Shown here: positions 39,007 to 50,383 of the stretch, one piece after another
Layout of the letters: each line of letters begins with the position of its first letter
Position numbering within the stretch: the first letter of the stretch is position 1
Source of the DNA: Phallusia mammillata
Taxonomy: Eukaryota
Reading direction: 5' to 3'
Assembly: GCA_965637545.1 (NCBI GenBank)
Contig: OZ281497.1
Location: 25,482,001-25,546,000, forward strand
Length of the DNA stretch: 64,000 nt
Program-made: the position numbers and the translations under genes
Notes under the pieces: model-generated
Database searches by the model: none
Told to the model about the DNA's origin: nothing
The model's input: the letters and a program-made list of their open reading frames with translations, nothing else

Positions 39007-40404
39007 TCAATTACAAATCGTATGTCTACTTTTGACTGGAAAAGTTTTGACTGCAAAAATTGTTAACTGCAGACGCGCATGTTGCACCAAGACGACTATT
39101 GAACAACATCCTGTAGAGTGTGTCGCTACACATTCATCAAAGGAATTGACAGGAACGACTAAGCAATGTTTGTAGTTGCCAAGTCTCTTCAAAACCCGTC
39201 GACAATCATAACCACTTTGTAACAATACTTCTGCATATGTTTGTAATGTGGAACCGTATTTATGCTTGTACTTTATTTAGCGGAATCTCTTGTGGAGGGA
39301 AGTTTTTTAATCTGAATCGATTACTTCTTTGGAAGTACGTGTCACCCGAAATGCGTCACAGACAGTTGAAATTGAAGCCTGGTTTAATCCGACAGGCGAC
39401 ACCCGATACTTTAGTAAGGGCACATGAATGGTATCATGCTTTTTTTGAATAGCATAATATCTTAACACGATTATGTACACTTTTAAACCAAATCTTTTTT
39501 TCTGCTTTAGTGCATTCAGTTTATTTCGACTTCGATACATATTCATATTGTTCCTGTTTCTTTCGCAACGTTCACTATGATTTTTGCTATTGAAAACCGT
39601 TTCTAAAGTACATTTTTTGACTTAAACCGTAATTTAAATTTGTCCCAGAGATAACTTTGCCACAGCCAACAATTTAATTCAGTCGTGTATGTACGACCTA
39701 GAACTACACTTTCTTTAAAAGCCACTGCTTTTTCTCAATTGTCATCAAAGATATTGCTTTAACGACTTGTAATGTAGTGTCTGCATTTGGTAACCATTCA
39801 GCCATACTGGTTTCTTAAGCTAAACACAGATTACCTCCATTGGTTGTCTTGTCATTTTTGTCAGTCACTGTCCCAGCAGTTTTTTGTGACGGTGTTAACT
39901 TCACATCGCAACCCCAGCCTAATCAATCTATTGCCTGAGACGGCGTTCCTATGTTTGCAAGGGTTCGAACTCTGCAATACCGATTTACAACAAAATTCAA
40001 TTAAACAACGCACTGTTTTAGCTGACGACACAATATTTCCATTACAACAATATATTTTTTTGAAAAAAGTCTTCGTTGCTACTTAATGCATTCAGAGAAA
40101 AAAGTTCTTAATACAAGTCACTGATGCCTTAATTAAAGCTTTGGTGTTATAGGAACATTTCAATGCAATCAGCTTTCCATTTTCAGGTAAGTTGCCACAG
40201 CACAAAATCTTCGAAAACAAATACTCGTGCCGGCAAAAACGCGAAGAATTGAAAACGAGCAAAGAAAACTTGGTTCGAGATAAACTCGACAAAGATATTG
40301 TAACTAGCAACAAGATGGAATAATTTACAGCATCCTGTTTTCACGCGTCGAGACGTGTTTGCGGTTTGTGATTGCTGCGTCTGTTCAGTTACTATGACGT
40401 TCAT
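39007..40404 (-). pseudogene. Decayed intronless ORF 'X' directly upstream of MFS copy 3; possibly a type II membrane protein
   Basis: Protein-like segments broken by stops and frameshifts: basic N-terminus plus hydrophobic stretch, then ...RFGLKVYIIVLRYYAIQ...TYAEVLLQSGYDCRRVLKRLGNYKHCLVVPVNSFDECVA...GCC. Paralogous sequence lies upstream of other MFS copies. Confidence 0.45.
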
Positions 40405-40577
40405 ATCGTTTGGTGCTTTTTGAAAAAGGTTTTGGCTAAGTCATTTGTAGTTGCTTTGTGCTGGCACGAACCACTGAGAAATCGTTACGCCATTGGATAA
40501 CCAAGTGTAGTGTATGCTGGAAAGTTATCTTGCTATGTGATACAGACTAGAGAACATAAATTACACGGCTCTTTTTG

Positions 40578-40779
40578 TAAGACTACAGGATATATATTAG
40601 TACGGACTTTTCATAAGACTACAGGACATATCTTATCATGGCCTTTTCGTAAAACTCGAGGACATATATTAATACCGCCTTTTTGTAAAACTGTAGGACA
40701 TATATTAACACTGCCTTTTCGTAAGACTACAGAACGTATATTAATACTGCCTTTTTGTAAAACAACAAGCCTATATTAA
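40578..40779. repeat. 36-bp minisatellite, about 5.6 copies
   Basis: Unit approximately TAAGACTACAGGACATATATTAATACTGCCTTTTCG, starting at 40578, 40614, 40650, 40686, 40722 and 40758. Confidence 0.9.
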
Positions 40780-41361
40780 GACGACTTTTTTTTAGAGTAC
40801 AGTACATACATAAATACATCTTTTTCGTATTGAAAAATGTTTGTGTATGTTCAACTGACTCTGTATGCAAAATTCACGCAACAATTTGAATCACATTTGT
40901 TGCTTTTTATGCAAATTGCTTCTTACGTTTCCGTGATCTTGTTTTCCTTTCGTTTTAAAAACCTCTGATTTTCCCCCTAGTTTAAATGATGCGTCTTGTT
41001 TTTGTGAAAGCACTTTTTCCAAATATTTGTTTGCAAATCTTAAATATACATTAAAGAGCCCCGGCACCGGAAAATTATTTTTTAATATGTTGTTTGTCGT
41101 ATTTTTATAAACACGATTTCAGGTTTAAAACCACAAAAATCAAAGTCACTAGTCAAATATTTACGTTTTAAATCTAAACACAGACACCTAGCGGATATTT
41201 TGTCACTTAGTTCGAACGTCATGTGACGTCACCTCGTACCAACTTGGTTTGGAGCTTGTTTGTAGTCGGTGGTTGTTAACGTTCTGCGACGCCAAATACG
41301 TTAGTCAGTTTAGCTATTTTGGTGTTTAAATGTTTTCATTTTTACACTCAAGTGTGCAAAA

Positions 41362-43390
41362 ATGCCTGCAGTGTGTTCTTTGTATGGTTGCAATTCGAGA
41401 GGAAATCAAAAGGCCAGCAAAATGACACTTTTTCGCTTTCCAAATATAAAGCGATTGCGGTCAGCTTGGATTAAATTTGTTAACGTGAAAAAAATGGAAG
41501 GGACCAACGGAATACAGTGTTCTTTGTAGCCTACATTTCACAGATGAATGTTTCACAAACAAAATGCAGTATGACAGGGGTATGGCAAAAGTTCTGGTGT
41601 TAAGGCCGGTTTACACCAAGCGCGTGCGAAGCGAGCAACGCGAAATTTCTTTCTCTGTTTAAGCAACGCGTGGGGAAGTCCCATTTCGCGCTTCTCTCGT
41701 TTGCGCGCTTCGCGTCTGGGTTGCTCCGTGAGCAACAGAAACGGCGCTTCGCGCGAGAATTTGGCCCAGAATATGTAGGAATGATCAGTCTTGCTCATTT
41801 ATGTCGGTTACTTTGTTGTCATAAGGAGGTTTAGGCGCTGCAACTTATTACACAATGTCAATTGATGCAAATTGTAAAAATATATCACTCATAAAAGTGC
41901 TGGACAGTCATAAATCGCGCTGTCATATCAAAAAGCACATGATCAATATACCACTTTGAAATGGTGATAGAATAGGTGCAGTGGTATCAGAATTAATATG
42001 TCTGGAACCAAGTTTTCCAATGTACAGACGCACCAGGTAGATTAAATAGGAAATAACATAGTTTTTGGAAACTTAAATAGGTATTAACTTTGTTGTATTT
42101 TATCCCCAAAAATGGTACATGTTAAGTTTTAGAGTGCAAACAATCAAGATAAAAAAGACGCACGAATACTTAAGAGAACAATTTCTTAAATTAGCTGCAC
42201 AGAGTAGTAGTTTAGCATTACATAAACAACGACTTTGGTTTAGGAGCGATTTTACTAGTATCAGTTGCAAAACCACATCTTTAATGGTCATAGGCTTTGT
42301 ATTGTGTATTATTGTTCGATTAACCCTTCACATGCAACAACTAAACACAATTCCATGAAATTAATTGCAAGTCTTATCATATATTGGCAGTGCATCACCG
42401 CCGGATGAGCGGACGAAAGAGCTTTGTTCGCAAAGTTCGCGCCTGGTGTAAACCTCGATTTTCGCGTCATTCGCGTGAGGAAAAAAAGAGCCGTTCGCGT
42501 TCGCGCTTGGTGTAAACCGGGCTTTAAAGCCAAATGCTATTTCAGCAAGAAATGCCATTGAGAGCAGCTGCAAGAAAAGTAGCCGCACAGCGTATGGTAT
42601 GCTTTAGTTAATTGTTTTATAATCTCATTTAACATTAAAGTCTTTAATATTACCATTATGTTATACTAATTTAGTTTATTGTCATGCCATTTACTTGGTA
42701 ATAACAAAAAAGTGTGGTTATGAAAAAAAAGGTGTAATAATATCAATACATTTTCATGTAGGGAACCACCCAATCTAAGCTATGAACCAAAATACATTGT
42801 GTGTAAAAAAAAACTTCTTCACCTCTTAAATGGTGTACCAGAAGTAAATTAACTGCAGATTTCTCTGGACACTCAGCTAAATTTGGTACATACACAATGA
42901 TGGATCTTTGCAACAATAAAAATGTTGCTATTAACCTTGTTCAGGTATTTAGATGGTATATAATATTTTCTAGAGTAAAGTGGTAAACAGCAATGATATG
43001 GAAAAAGAAGGATTCTTGGGATGCATTGAAAACATCACAAGCAAGTGATTGTTTATTAAAGCCTTTGTTACTGACAGGCGTCCACAAATCATTAAATACA
43101 TTGGTGAAGAATTGTCACAAACAAAACATTATTTTGATGTTTGGCATGTAGCTACAAGTATATATGTTAGAAATAAAAGATGAGCATACACCAGTATATT
43201 TGTTTTTATGGTTTTAATTTTAGGAATCCAAAAGAAACTGACAGCACTTTCTAACAAAGCATGTTGCAAAGAGTTGGGACCTTGGGTGAAAAGCTTATGC
43301 AACCACATGTATTGTTGTGCAGCAACGTCACAAGGCAATTCACAACTTATAGTTGACAAGTGGCTGTCAGTCTGGCAACGTAACTCTGAA
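41362..43390 (+). pseudogene. THAP-domain Kolobok transposase remnant
   Basis: THAP: MPAVCSLYGCNS...LFRFP...W...[+1 frameshift in an A7 run]...VLCSLHF...LKPNAI, split by a MITE. Later fragments: EPKYIVC, SGHSAKFGTYTMMD...LVQ, NSNDMEKEGF...*...VTDRRPQI...HYFDVWHVA and GIQKKL...CKELGPWVKSLCNHMYCCA...KWLS. One in-frame stop and internal deletions. Confidence 0.85.
41603..42523. mobile_element. PIF/Harbinger-type non-autonomous element nested in the THAP exon
   Basis: TIR AGGCCGGTTTACACCAAGCGCG / AGCCCGGTTTACACCAAGCGCG; 3-bp TSD TTA at 41600-41602 and 42524-42526. Removing it restores the frame V-L-K-P-N-A-I. Confidence 0.85.
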
Positions 43391-43744
43391 GTCTTCCCCA
43401 CCACCATTCAACAAATTTTCTGTAGGCAGTATATCTGTAACGCCTGAATACATAGAGGTTGCTGGTGGCATATTGCATGTTAGTGGTTAGTACAGTAAAA
43501 CTTACTCGTGATAGGTGTTACCCTCATCCTGATTTCCGAATTGACGTTTAAATCTATAACATGCTGCTTCTAATACATACACGTTGAGACATATAGATTC
43601 AAATCCAGGATGTGCTTTTATACAAAGCAGATTCGACTCAGAATATTCGTTGAACTTGGCTAACTGCTGTTGCACTTACTAATTTCATGGCAACAAACGC
43701 ATAATTTTCTCTCCTCCATTATCACACAGTTAGTACATAAACAC
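43385..43744 (-). pseudogene. KolX-like gene remnant (P2X7 cytoplasmic ballast-like Cys-rich domain)
   Basis: CLCTNCVIMEERKLCVCCHEI [frameshift] ...CIKAHPGFESICLNVYVLEAA... [GT-AG intron] RYRYTAYRKFVEWWWGRL. This matches the recalled CxCxxC...CC, HPGF..CLN..VL and RYxAYRxF.xW motifs. Confidence 0.8.
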
Positions 43745-44501
43745 CTACAATAATTCTGTTACGTGGAAAATAGCTTTTGTCAACAACAAAACACCTACCT
43801 TTTTAAGCAAACAGTTGTTATTTATTGCTTAACTGTCAACTAAGTATCTACGTTAATTTTATCAGTTGTAAACAATAAAAAAATGTACGCATCAAAGCTA
43901 AAACAACAGCTGATCAACGCCATTGTTAGAAGTTGGTACGAGGTGACGTAACAATCGCTGCTACATTTTGAACCAAGGTGTCGCTCGAGAGCTCATTGTT
44001 TGATTGAATATCTCGAAAACGACAAATCATAGGACCAAAAAAATTAGTGATTCGGAATCCCTGAATTATGGCAATTCTAAATATCTAAAATGTAGAAAAA
44101 GTCACATCGCCGCTGCTGGGGCCCTTTAAGTTATGGCCACATCCAGTAATGCTAATCCATTGACATTAATTGTTTCTTGAAGTAGAGTTAATGTTTGCAA
44201 TTTGCTCATCCAAATCAGACAAAATACACTTCGAAAAGTCGCGTACAAACTTACTAACTCATACAAAAGACTAATTTTCAATTAAACTTCATTATTATCG
44301 ACGCGAAAAGATTGAAGTTAGATGCTAGTAGTTTCGCATAAGCTTCTAATTCTTCATGGCTTATAGAACATACACGATGATCATTGAACTGCATCAGTTA
44401 GCAACTGTAGATTTCTGTTTACTACAGCAATACAAACAACAAACAAATCACAAAAATTATAGTAATCTGTATAATGAAAAAGACACGAAAGCTGAGCTAT
44501 A

Positions 44502-45893
44502 TTAATTGTTTGAAGCCAGCAGTGGAGTTTGGATGTTGATTTGATTTCTTTCCACTTCTAATCTTCGATTTTTGGGCGAAACCAGACAGCAGAAAACAAG
44601 ACCTACAAATATGCCTGCACACTGAAACGATAGAACACCAAGGCTTCCCCAGATATTAAAAGCACTTCTTCCCAATACGCCCAAAAGCAAAGCGAACCCC
44701 GTTTGAATTCCAATCATCCAAGCGTTGATCAGCGTCTCGTCGATTGGATAAGTCAGCTGTGTGGCCATTTCCAACAGGACTACAAAACTTGACCCGACAA
44801 ATACGCCAAATAATCCATTGCATATGTACATGCCAATTGTGCTTTTCAACATTACACTTAGAATAATTCCAACTGTGCTAAGGAAAACGGCTGCTATCCC
44901 AGACATTGCAAGAACTTTGTAATTTTTGAAATGATCAACAACTTTTCCGCCCAAAATTACTCCGATCAAATCACCTAAACTAAACATACTCATAATGTAA
45001 CCACTTAGTCGCTCAGAAGAGATGTTACTTGTAATATTCATGTCTACTATGATTTCAGACATCATCATATTTTCCACCAAAACCATCTGCATTACCAACC
45101 CGATCGTAATGCATGTTATGATGTACGACCAGTTTGAAAAAAGCAGTTTGGCATGAATTATAAAATTTTTGAATGTTCTTGGTTCTTGTTGTACATCAGT
45201 TTTTTTGTCTTGTGCAAAAGTTGGTGGTGTAGGAGGTTTATCAGTGATGAAAATTGCAAACAAGATGGTAACGAAAGCAGATATGCCCAGAAACGAACCG
45301 TACATGTAGCGCAGTTGTCGTTTTCCGGATGTGAGTTCTTGTGATGTCAGGTTTTCGCCATATGTCCTGGTTTTGTTAAAAGGTTGAACTAGGAAAGGTG
45401 GTAAAACATAACCTGTTCCATCGCCAACAGCTATTCCTAAGGAGTTGATTGCAATTGCAGTCCCGATCTGATTGTCTGGAAACCATAGAACAGCAAAGAT
45501 TGATGTCATAGCTACACCGATAGTCTCAGCCAAGCCACATAAGATTTGCCCCATTACTATTAAACCAAACAAAGAGCGGTCAATCAGAGATAGAGTTACT
45601 AACAGAAGGCCGAGTGTGGAACTGCCCGCCATTATCAGTATCAAGTTTCTTGATCCAATTTTTCTTTTAAAAATCAGCCAAACAAGCGGAATGGTGATGA
45701 ATATGGCGCTAATGTTTCTTGCGTTGGTGATCCAATCCACTTGTGAGTGCGAAGCATTGAAGAACTGAACGTAAAAGTTGCTGATTTGGCCATAACTTGC
45801 AAATGAGATTCCGGCGAAAAACTGAAAAATCGAGAGTCCAACGAGGAAAGCCCATCTTCGTTTGTACCACTTGAAAACGTCTTGAGACTGCAT
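44502..45893 (-). CDS. SLC49/FLVCR-like MFS transporter, copy 4 (intronless, 463 aa)
   Basis: Intact ORF; recent paralog of copy 3, with shared flanks. Confidence 0.9.
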   Translation of the reverse strand: MQSQDVFKWYKRRWAFLVGLSIFQFFAGISFASYGQISNFYVQFFNASHSQVDWITNARNISAIFITIPLVWLIFKRKIGSRNLILIMAGSSTLGLLLVTLSLIDRSLFGLIVMGQILCGLAETIGVAMTSIFAVLWFPDNQIGTAIAINSLGIAVGDGTGYVLPPFLVQPFNKTRTYGENLTSQELTSGKRQLRYMYGSFLGISAFVTILFAIFITDKPPTPPTFAQDKKTDVQQEPRTFKNFIIHAKLLFSNWSYIITCITIGLVMQMVLVENMMMSEIIVDMNITSNISSERLSGYIMSMFSLGDLIGVILGGKVVDHFKNYKVLAMSGIAAVFLSTVGIILSVMLKSTIGMYICNGLFGVFVGSSFVVLLEMATQLTYPIDETLINAWMIGIQTGFALLLGVLGRSAFNIWGSLGVLSFQCAGIFVGLVFCCLVSPKNRRLEVERNQINIQTPLLASNN

Positions 45894-45982
45894 TCTAGAC
45901 CAACTTTATTTCAGTGCCTCTTCGCAAAACTATTATAGCAAGTTCCTATTTCAGTGGTTTTGTTTTTAATTTAATTGATAAC

Positions 45983-46440
45983 TAGGGCAATTATTTTTTG
46001 ACCTAAAAAACGAAAAATTTTGACCTACAAATTGAAAATTTTGACAAATTTTGACCTTAAAAAACTTTTTTTTGACAAAATTTTGATCTATGAAGAATTC
46101 AAGTAGTTAAATTACGCATTATCGTTCAAAAAGTTAAAATATGGCTAGGCTAATCTAACTAGAGCGAAAGAATGTGCAAAAGTCTAACAGAAGGGCAAAA
46201 ATCTGAACATAGACCTAACCTATTCTGAAAAGGGAATGAGCTAATTAAAAATCACTGCCAAAAAACTGCAGCTAAGACACAACGAAAATTATTCAATACA
46301 TTTGTATAAACGAAAGATACATGAAGTATCTAAAGCAAAACCGAAGCAAGAGCTGCACCTAACCTGCAGCTGCCGTAAAATGACTTGGGACCTACCAAAA
46401 TTTTGCACGTTTTTTGACAAGTCAAAAAATATTTGCCCTA
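45983..46440. mobile_element. hAT-type MITE
   Basis: TIR TAGGGCAA; perfect TSD TTGATAAC. The paralogous flank of copy 3 (about 38917) shows the empty site. Confidence 0.9.
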
Positions 46441-46519
46441 TTGATAACCAAGCCTTATATAGTCTAGGCAGATTTTCTTTCTACAGCATTTGTTTATACA
46501 GTGGTTAACATTTTAAGAA

Positions 46520-46855
46520 AATCTGCAATTTACAAATCGTGTGTTTATTTTCAACTCCACGCTCTCACTGAATTCCTACAAAATCTGTTGAACTGCGACA
46601 CGCATGTTGCATCAAAAAGATTTTTTCCCAACATCCTGTTAAGTTTTTTTGCTGCACATTCATCAAAGGAATTGACAGGAACGATTAAGCAATGTTGTAG
46701 TTACCAATAAGTCTCTTCAACACTCGCCGACAATCTGCATATGTTTGTAAATGTAGATTTGTGTTTCTACGTTGTTTTGCAGATTTTTTGTCGAAGGATG
46801 TTTTTTAATCTGAATTGATTACTTCTTTGTTGGTACAAACCACCCGAAATGCGCA
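46520..46855 (-). pseudogene. C-terminal remnant of X, upstream of MFS copy 4
   Basis: Aligns by eye to about 39010-39355, including TCAAAGGAATTGACAGG; carries a short internal deletion. Confidence 0.5.
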
Positions 46856-47234
46856 ACAAACAATAACGATGCACTAATACAGAAATCGTCCTGATCCACG
46901 GTTGCTCAACAGACGATTCGTGTCACATATATAGACGTTAAATAGCTGACAAATTTAGCACACACTTAAATCAGTCTGTATATTTCTTATGCGAAACACT
47001 TCGAATTCGATTTCTCCCAAATATATGGGATCGTCAGTCCTAAACAGTAAATAAGTAAATCACGATATAAAATGATGAAAAATGTAAAATATTAACAGAA
47101 TAAAAACGGATACAGCTATGCTGCAGTTAAAACACACAAGACTCTGCAACGGCTACAACGCCACTACTGATTTGAGACTGAGAGTTTTCTCGGGGGAAAA
47201 AACAACAACGATAAGATAAGAACGTTTCCACAGG

Positions 47235-47609
47235 CAGTGCTGGATTAAGGGTCTGCTGGCCTGTAGGCACATTTTATAAGTGGATCGAAAATCAGGGTTG
47301 CCAACTAAAAAAATAGAATTATCAGTGTTGCCAAATCATTGTCACAAAGATCGTTATTGCAACTATAACATAGGGCACCGTGCAAAAACTTGGTCATATG
47401 CCTAACTAAATGACAACTTTGCGCGTTTTTGCTATTGAAAAGGCGTTAACTAGTTGTTGGAGGTCAATCAAACAGAGCTATTAAGATAAATACTTACTAG
47501 TTTAGAAAATAATTATTTTGAAAACATGACTAAATTTCTACTGATTTCAAAGTGGCCTGGATTTTTGACTGGCCTGTAGGCCTACTTTGCCTAATGGTTA
47601 ATCCGGCTG
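47235..47609. mobile_element. hAT-type MITE
   Basis: Imperfect TIR CAGTGCTGGATTAA / TTAATCCGGCTG; perfect TSD TCCACAGG. Confidence 0.85.
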
Positions 47610-48133
47610 TCCACAGGACACGCAAAAGAACGCAGTGGAAACAAAACAATCGAACAGTGCCTAAAGGACTACTTAAACTGTGTTAAAATCATCTTGGCAA
47701 TGTTTATCGTGGCATCAAGTTTACCAAACCATTTGTCCTCGCAAATATCCAACAAATGCATTTCGGGTTGCTCCAAGAACGTTAATCGAAAGCATTGTTC
47801 GAGCTTGTAGCGGTCACGTGTTTTTAAACCATCGTTTTGCCACTTTGGTTGTTTGGATAACGTGGCAAATGCTGCAATTCTTGCAAACATGTTTCTCACT
47901 ATTGTAATGTGTTCGTCTGCAATGAAATTGTCAACTTTGCAAGATTAACTTAGCAGAATTGTGAAATCCATGTGCCTGCTGGCGACATCGGACATCGCGT
48001 TGTGTTATTTACTTGCTCGTAACTTCTTGTGATTCAGTAACAGTTGGAATGTTATGTTCAGTGTCGCTATTCCCACACTAGTTCATGTACCCGTTTTCCT
48101 GTTGTGCCAGAGCCGCCTGGCCATATGCTGGGC

Positions 48134-48536
48134 CAGCGTGGTCCAACTGCACGCCCGCGGGCCAATTGTGGCCCGCGAGATAATTTTGTTGGCCCGCGAA
48201 CGTCCAACGTTTTAATGACAACTATAATTTTTGTTTTCAATGTTTCAAAATGTGATAATTAAGGAACACAAAATGCTGTAAAATATCCCATTGTGACGCA
48301 TGACCGGGCAACAAACCGTGTGGGCATTTTTTTGTACCAGATTAGAAGCATAATGATTTTAACGGTATACAACTATAACAAATAAAAGTAAAATTATCTG
48401 TTGATTAAAAACGGTGTATAGTCACCCTGACGTTTGTGCCAGAAACAAAGTTTTACTTGCGAAAATTTCAGACCTTGGCCCGCGAAGTAAGTTAACGATT
48501 TTATGGCCCGCAACACAATAAAGTTGGACCACACTG
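48134..48536. mobile_element. hAT (Charlie-like) MITE
   Basis: TIR CAGCGTGGTCCAAC / GTTGGACCACACTG; perfect TSD TGCTGGGC; GGCCCGC subterminal repeats. Confidence 0.9.
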
Positions 48537-48847
48537 TGCTGGGCAGTTGCGCAAGCTAGTTATTTCGAAATAGTTATTTCGGGCTTTGCATTTTTTGCAA
48601 GTTTTTAAGTTGCAAACGAATAACAAGTGTAAAAAACAAACGAATAACAAGTGTGGTTTAAAGAAGGGACTGCTTTGTAATAATCGTTGGAAAAAGGGAA
48701 AATTTCACTATAAAAACTAGTGTTTTATTCCATTTCGGCCTTCTATTTTACCTTGAGAAAATGAGACTTGGTGCGTAAATAAAAAATACAGAGAAGGATT
48801 AAATACCTTGTGGAGAATGTTATGCAGCACAGTTACGAGTTGCAATT

Positions 48848-49546
48848 TTGTCTACTGTTGATGATAACTTGATTACCCAAGAAGAAATCGACGAAGGCAT
48901 TTTAGAAGGCGAACTTAGTGATTCTTCGAACTACGATCTAACCCAAGCTGTGTCAGGCCCATACGAGCAGCTAGAAGAAAGGCAAGACGATCTGTCAGAT
49001 TTGGAAGATCCTTTAGATACGGCCCTAGAATTCTCTGATTCCGAGAGACGTTATCTAGGCAACGCCGTGGTGTCTCAACCCTTGTTTCCTTTATACAAGT
49101 GGTGTGTGCCTTCTCAAACCTGGCTGTTGTGTTTCAAGACCTGTGATCTCAGAAACGTTCCCAAATACACGGAATTTTACAACGCCACTATTTTTGGTCC
49201 TTGCTATCATCTGTTGAGGTACCTCCAGCAATTCCGCTCCATCCTGTATCAAAAGACGATTGCGAGTGTCGATTTCTCCCAGGTGGTACAAAGAGACAGA
49301 CGGTGTGTCAACAAGAAGGTGGCGCGACTCTGTCGTCGAGTGCATAAACAGAACGTTTTGCTGACGTTCGATTTTTCTGATCATGAAATACCTTTCGGGG
49401 CTCGACGCCCAGTTGAACGGCACTCGATTACTGGATTATCGGTTCCTGTGGTACGCGATACCTTCGTCAGGGAACGACGACCACGCTTTACAAACTACTT
49501 AAAACAATCTACATCTGCAGTTTACAAATCGTATATTTATTTGTAA
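48848..49546 (+). other. Unidentified 232-codon ORF (TTG start; acidic N-terminus, Cys/Arg-rich C-terminal part)
   Basis: A 699-nt stop-free, GC/CpG-richer stretch in AT-rich DNA; no motif recognised. Confidence 0.3.
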
Positions 49547-50080
49547 CTCGACAAACTCACAGTTTGCCTACAAGATCTGTTCCATTGCAGACACGCATGT
49601 TGTCTCAAGGCGTTTTTTTTTCACAACATCCTGTGGAGTTTTTCGCGACACATTCATCAATGGATTTGAAAGGAACGATTAGGCAATTTTTGTGGTTACC
49701 AAGTCTCTTCAAAACCCGCGGACAATCATAACCACTTTGTAACAATTCTTCTGCATATGTTAATTGTGCCGTGAATCCGTATTTACACATACACTTTGAA
49801 TAGCAGATACGTGTTTTTTGAGGAAAGTTTTGAAATCTGAATTGACTACTTGTTTGTTAGTACGTGTCACGCGAAACAGAAAGTTTCAATTGAAGCCTGT
49901 GTTTTTTTGACAGGCAACACCCGATACTTTCGTAAGGGCACATTAATGGTATCAGGCATTTCGTTGAATAGCATAATATCACAACACGATTATGCACACT
50001 TTTGAAACAAATCTGTTTTTCTGCTTTAGTGTATTGGATTTATGTCGACTTCGATACATATTTTCGTTGTTCCTGTTTCC
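49515..50080 (-). pseudogene. C-terminal remnant of X with no adjacent MFS gene
   Basis: Aligns by eye to about 39010-39560; translation TYAEELLQSGYDCPRVLKRLGNHKNCLIVPFKSIDECVAKNSTGCC. Confidence 0.5.
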
Positions 50081-50383
50081 AGTGCAAGACACCAATGCAG
50101 AGATTACCGTACTCTGTCCTGACAAGCCCAGGAGCTTGGGAGATTAAGGACGGTGGTATAAGTTATGTTTAGTTTGCAGTGCGATTTATCGCCTTAAGAT
50201 TTATTAGCAAACATTAAAATAAACCGATATCTCTATCTATCAATACATTATTACAAGTGTACATGTTTGAAACTAAATCAATGACACAACAAACACGATT
50301 TTTTGCTATTCGCTTTTGCGCCAAGGCCTTGATATAAAGTGAAGGACGATTGCAGTTTATTTAGTAACCAAGGAAAATATTAT

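Larger units (their letters stand above)
41055..44125. mobile_element. Kolobok-superfamily DNA transposon, internally deleted (non-autonomous)
   Basis: TTAA at 41051-41054 and 44126-44129; imperfect TIRs AGAGCCCCGGCACCGG / AGGGCCCCAGCAGCGG (13 of 16 match). Contains THAP-transposase remnants (+) and KolX-like remnants (-), tail to tail. Confidence 0.85.

Noticed and set aside
39250-39800. TGA-as-Trp or selenocysteine recoding in ORF X
   Set aside because: TAA and TAG stops and frameshifts are also present, so ordinary decay explains it.
40578-40779. 36-bp repeats as a CRISPR array
   Set aside because: Head-to-tail units with no unique spacers, no cas genes, and a eukaryotic context.
49240-49300. 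Densovirus NS1/NS2-like overlap (DDCECRF / KTIASV)
   Set aside because: The HUH histidines and the expected spacing are missing; too weak to call.
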